Below, piece by piece: positions 60,001-64,000 of a stretch of 64,000 bases of DNA. This DNA is from Tubulanus polymorphus (taxonomy: Eukaryota > Animalia > Nemertea), in the NCBI RefSeq assembly GCF_964204645.1, contig NC_134029.1, positions 21,198,950 through 21,262,949 of the forward strand, in the 5' to 3' direction. The notes under the pieces were generated by a model. That model saw only the letters and a list, made by a program, of their open reading frames with translations, had not been told where the DNA came from and made no database searches. Position numbers and translations under genes: made by a program. Position 1 is the stretch's first letter, and each line of letters opens with the position of its first letter.

Positions 60001-60568
60001 ATTTTACTAAAGAACTTTTCATTTTTTGGGTCTGAATCTATTGTGGAATTTCTCTCATTCATTAGTTGCTTACCTTTCAAATCCACAGATATCAATCTTG
60101 GAGTATAAGTAATTTCACCCTTGAAAGTAAAAAATGGAAATATTAAATTTTGAAAGGAAATGATGAAATTCATCAATCATTCGGATTCAACAGAAGTAAT
60201 GGGGTTATAATCCGATTACCAAAAGGTTGGCGCCTTCCCTGAAAAGGACGTCATTGTCGATTTCTTTTTTATGTTTTTCCTTAGCATCGTAGATAAAAGA
60301 AGCCTCCTGAAAATATATATTACAAAAAATAAAAAAAATGATAATGTATGATTTCACTGCTAAAAATGAATAAATTATTACAGCAAAACCTGTTAGTTAT
60401 CTGAGCCAGCACCTGCTGTCACCTAGTCACAGTGGTTCACACTTCAAATTTGCAATTAGCACCATTTAAAGCTTTAAAACATACCTGTAAATTCCACCAA
60501 TGACATCCTACGAAGTTTGAGTAGTGGCCGAGTTGTAAAGTTACAATTTCTTTCGTTTGAGAACCCAT
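57098..60568 (-). CDS. MSTO1: Protein misato homolog 1 (tubulin/FtsZ-like), multi-exon
   Basis: Exon 1 reads MGSQTKEIVTLQLGHYSNFVGCHWWNLQ. Later exons give VLFREG, TYTPRLISVDLKGSL, WSDFL..HLHP, IHVFVEECDHLQGFQI, YHTSAVLAACLD and AFLHMF-like KFAHIF near the C-terminus. Confidence 0.92.
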
Positions 60569-61121
60569 TTACCTTCAGAATGAAGAACCAGAGATGATTA
60601 ACAAAATTATTTTTCACCAAAACAGGATTTACGACGCCATGACAGTTTAGACTCCACACGACCTTCAAAATCAAGAAGAGCGAAGTAATTACTGAACATC
60701 AACTGCCAAAGTCCACTCTACTGACGTCACTAATTACCTTATCCAAAATTTTTGGAAAAATTTTGCCACTTTATTCTAATTTCATATTTCGATGTTTGTT
60801 TCACTAAGTTATCGAATTATTTGCACTCACCTATTCTACATAGAATCAGACATTTGTAAATAATAGGTGGCAATTAAATTAAATTGAATTGATCGAAGTA
60901 AACTCTGTCAGATGTGAACGAGCCCGTAATGTCGAAAGTAAGCCTATGTGACATGTCGAGTTTTACTGGGGTTTTTTAGATTTTTTAGGATGGAAAAATA
61001 GCCACAATGGCCATTTCTTTTTCCATATCGAGTGAACAGTTGCTCAGACATGTGGTGCTGATATTTGTCGTGTGACAGAATTCAAGTTTACCCAGTGACA
61101 GTTTCGGATTAGCTTTAAATC
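60569..61121. promoter_or_regulatory. Bidirectional promoter region between MSTO1 and the PDZ gene
   Basis: Head-to-head ATGs ~550 bp apart; palindromic CRE TGACGTCA at 60722-60729. Confidence 0.5.
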
Positions 61122-63718
61122 ATGGATGAATCACAAAAGAAGATTTTGTTGACGGTTGTTTTACAAGGTGGAAGTCCGTGGGGTATAAGTCTACAGGGAG
61201 GCGCAGAACTGAACTCCCCACTCGTAATATCGAAGGTTTGTTCACAAAAAAGTATTTTCTGCTGAAATTTTATTGATATTTGAAAGCGCTGTCTTCTGGC
61301 TATTTTGGCCGGCCTTTCGTGAAATATGCTCTAATGCTGAATTTGTGGGGGTTGGGCCTTGGTTTACCAAGTCATAACCAATAGGTCTTTTATTTACTTA
61401 AAATAAATACTGACTTTTTGCATCTTCAACCCTTGTATCTTTATTTCTCAGGCGTCCTCAGTTTGGCCGCCAATATTAAGGGCTCTTCATTTCTTTTTCC
61501 TTCACAAATGTCAGTTTTTCTGTCTTGAAATGATGCCATAATCCGTCAAAATTTTGAATAAAGGGTTGTTGAACATTTCAGAATGCAGTAGGCCGAACTG
61601 ACACCTAGAAAAAAAAGTTGGTGGTCAATGTACTTTTATCGGGTTAACTGCACTCACAGGTTTTCTAGGGTTGTGTTAATGAAATGAAAGTGTGAAAATA
61701 TGTCTAACTTCATCACATTCTGGTGTTTTTGAACAGTCTATGATTTTGCAGACTTATCTTTGATTTATATGAATTTCGTATGATAGCTTCAGTCACTTTA
61801 GTTTTTTCATGCAGAATCATGAGGTGGATGCAGCCATTTCAAGTGGTTAATTGAAGCTGATTTATGGGGTCCATAATCACATGAATCTTTATTACTGTGT
61901 AACACAGTTATTATTGACGGATAATTTCGGGCATTTTTTTCTTAAAATAACAATCATTATTATTCCTGGATCAGCTGACTATTTATCTACTTGTTATAAT
62001 TATACATTGTAGACCAAAAATTTGGATTTCGTCCAAGTTGACGTCCAATATACGTATTAATCCAGGGCTAGGTAATGGTAGGTAGCAGGCCTAACCCCGA
62101 ATAACCTTTCTATCCCTAAACAAACTTTAGATCTAATTTGTCAATAAATTTCCTTATTCGACCCATGTGTTAGTTAGTTGACAAGCACAAGGCATGACTG
62201 AAGGTACAGTTTATATCATTCAGATTTTTAGGCTTTTATTGTTTTATGATTCAGACCTACGAATAAAATCTAAATGTGGATTGCATAATTTAAGGGTCAT
62301 ACATTCGGGGTTCCCTCGGGACATTAGTCACCTCAAATGCTCTAATTTTAGCTTAAGAATATTTCCAGGGAGGGGAAAAAGACATTTTTGACCTCTAGAG
62401 ATGCTGTCATGTAGCCTATGATAGATGTCTGAACATTTTCAGTGTTCTGCATTTATGGGCTGCATTAATTTGATATTAGTATAGGGGGGGGGGGCCTATG
62501 ATGTTGTGGCTGGGGAAGTAGCAAGGCTTTCGATCTCCCCAGAAAATATAGAAAACTAAGCTTTATTTTGGTGTAATCTTCTTATTTTTCACGTTGACTC
62601 ATTTCAAAGGAATTTTACGACGAGACCTTTTGCATTCTTACTTCATTCTGTTTCGAAGTGGAAAAGTAGAATATTAGATTTTCTCCTCGAATGTTTGGGA
62701 CCGACGCAGAGTGAAAGTGAATTTTCGCAATATGCCAACCGAGTTGTCGTCTGTTCGTCTCGGTGGTTGGTCATATTGTACGCCGAATCGAGAATACGTG
62801 TTCGATATAAGAGAGACTTGGAAACATTAATGCATTCCGTTGTAAATAGAAACAAAATCCGCAGGAATTCTCGTCGTCGATAATAGACTTGTGTGCTCAG
62901 TATTTCCTGAATTACTCGAATGTAAAATGTTCTCAACAGCGTGACAAATGGCCGGCCGTTTTCTCCATCGGAATTTTAAGCATTTCCTATTCTTTAGTAT
63001 TTTAAGTATTTCCTATTGTGTAGTAATCGATTGTGTCTTCGGCAAATATATTTCAGTTTCATAATACGCGAAGTGTTGTTAAACGTCAATCAAACTGATT
63101 CTATTCACGGACACCCTCGTACCCGTGTCGAAACCTAAATCCCGGAAAATTTACTTTTTTTAACTGAAAACATATTATTCGGCAAACATATTTCAGTTTC
63201 ATAATACGCAATGTGTTGTAAAACGTCAATCAAAGTAATTCTATTCACAGACCCCTGGTACCCGTGTCGAAACCTAGATCCCGAGAAATTTACTTTTTTA
63301 GAAAAAAAAGAAAACGCACACTTGGATAATTTTCGATAATGCTGTTTTATTGTTGTTAAGAAATGGGAATATTGATTCAAGATATTGCCATATTTGGATG
63401 TTTGATGTTAGAATATCAGCTGCTTGAGGACTGAAACGCTTATTTTATTCGTTCCTGCAATAGTTTTAAGAATCTCTTCACGCTTTCAATAAATGTTTTC
63501 AATTGTATATTATTAATTGTATGAATAAATTCTTGAATTCCTGAATGAATTACATTTCTTTTTTTTTTGATACAGGTGGAAACGCAAGGTGCGGCCGATG
63601 GTCACTTGCAAATCGACGATGTTCTAGTGAATATAAATGGATCTGAGGTGTTATCTCGAGCGCAGGCTATTCTGCTGATTCGAGGGGCTCAGAGAACCCT
63701 CACTCTTACAATACTCAG
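61122..63718 (+). CDS. N-terminal PDZ domain of a Shroom-like protein (partial; exons 61122-61235 and 63576-63718, continues beyond the window)
   Basis: LQGGSPWGISLQGGAELNSPLVISK|VETQGAADGHLQIDDVLVNING...RAQAILLIRGAQRTLTLTILR resembles the Shroom PDZ. PDLIM/synaptopodin-2 type is not excluded. Confidence 0.75.
63038..63299. repeat. Direct duplication, ~140-bp unit x2
   Basis: TTCGGCAAA.ATATTTCAGTTTCATAATACGC...GTACCCGTGTCGAAACCTA..TCCC...AATTTACTTTTT occurs at 63038 and 63178. Confidence 0.9.
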
Positions 63719-64000
63719 GTAAGTGACCAGGACGTGCTGCCACCTGGTATATGTATCATGGAACTATTGAATAGCATAGCATGAGGAAATGAGAATGTAT
63801 TGCAGCGAGACACTATTGACGTGGTTATGTAAATAATTCATTATTCCCCTATTTAGGTTTCACCCTTGAGTTCGTGAGTGGTATTGAAAATCTATATAAT
63901 TTGTTTCCCTTTTGGAAACTGACATTACGGTACCATAGCCTTATTCAATACCCGTACGTACATTTTGCTTTGATATGCCAAGAATATTGATGCATATACG

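Overview
AT-rich, intron-containing animal (invertebrate-like) genomic DNA, so most entries in the ORF track are exon fragments or noise. Gene order: three tandem cytosolic sulfotransferases (+), a MATE/SLC47 transporter (+), an LRRC74-like LRR/EF-hand gene (+), a 22-kb non-NMDA ionotropic glutamate receptor-family gene (iGluR-A, -), two intronless near-duplicate class A GPCRs (+), a second iGluR-family gene (iGluR-B, -), carbonyl reductase (+), misato/MSTO1 (-) and the 5' PDZ exons of a Shroom-like gene (+). Several MITE families, microsatellites and a Penelope-like inverted repeat are also present. Main findings: (1) iGluR-B has an in-frame UGA-CAA stop followed by 71 open codons ending in a class I PDZ motif (ESLV) and a double stop, a candidate for programmed readthrough that would switch the receptor tail. 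(2) iGluR-A has two frame-preserving microexon candidates (21 and 12 nt) at the position of the GluK1 exon-9 splice insert. (3) Both receptors have non-glutamate (glycine/delta-like) ligand-pocket residues and unusual pore residues. (4) In the SULT x3 + MATE cluster, the SULTs lack the PAP-stacking Trp and the MATE lacks the E389-equivalent acid. All gene models and alignments were made by eye, and some exon boundaries are approximate.
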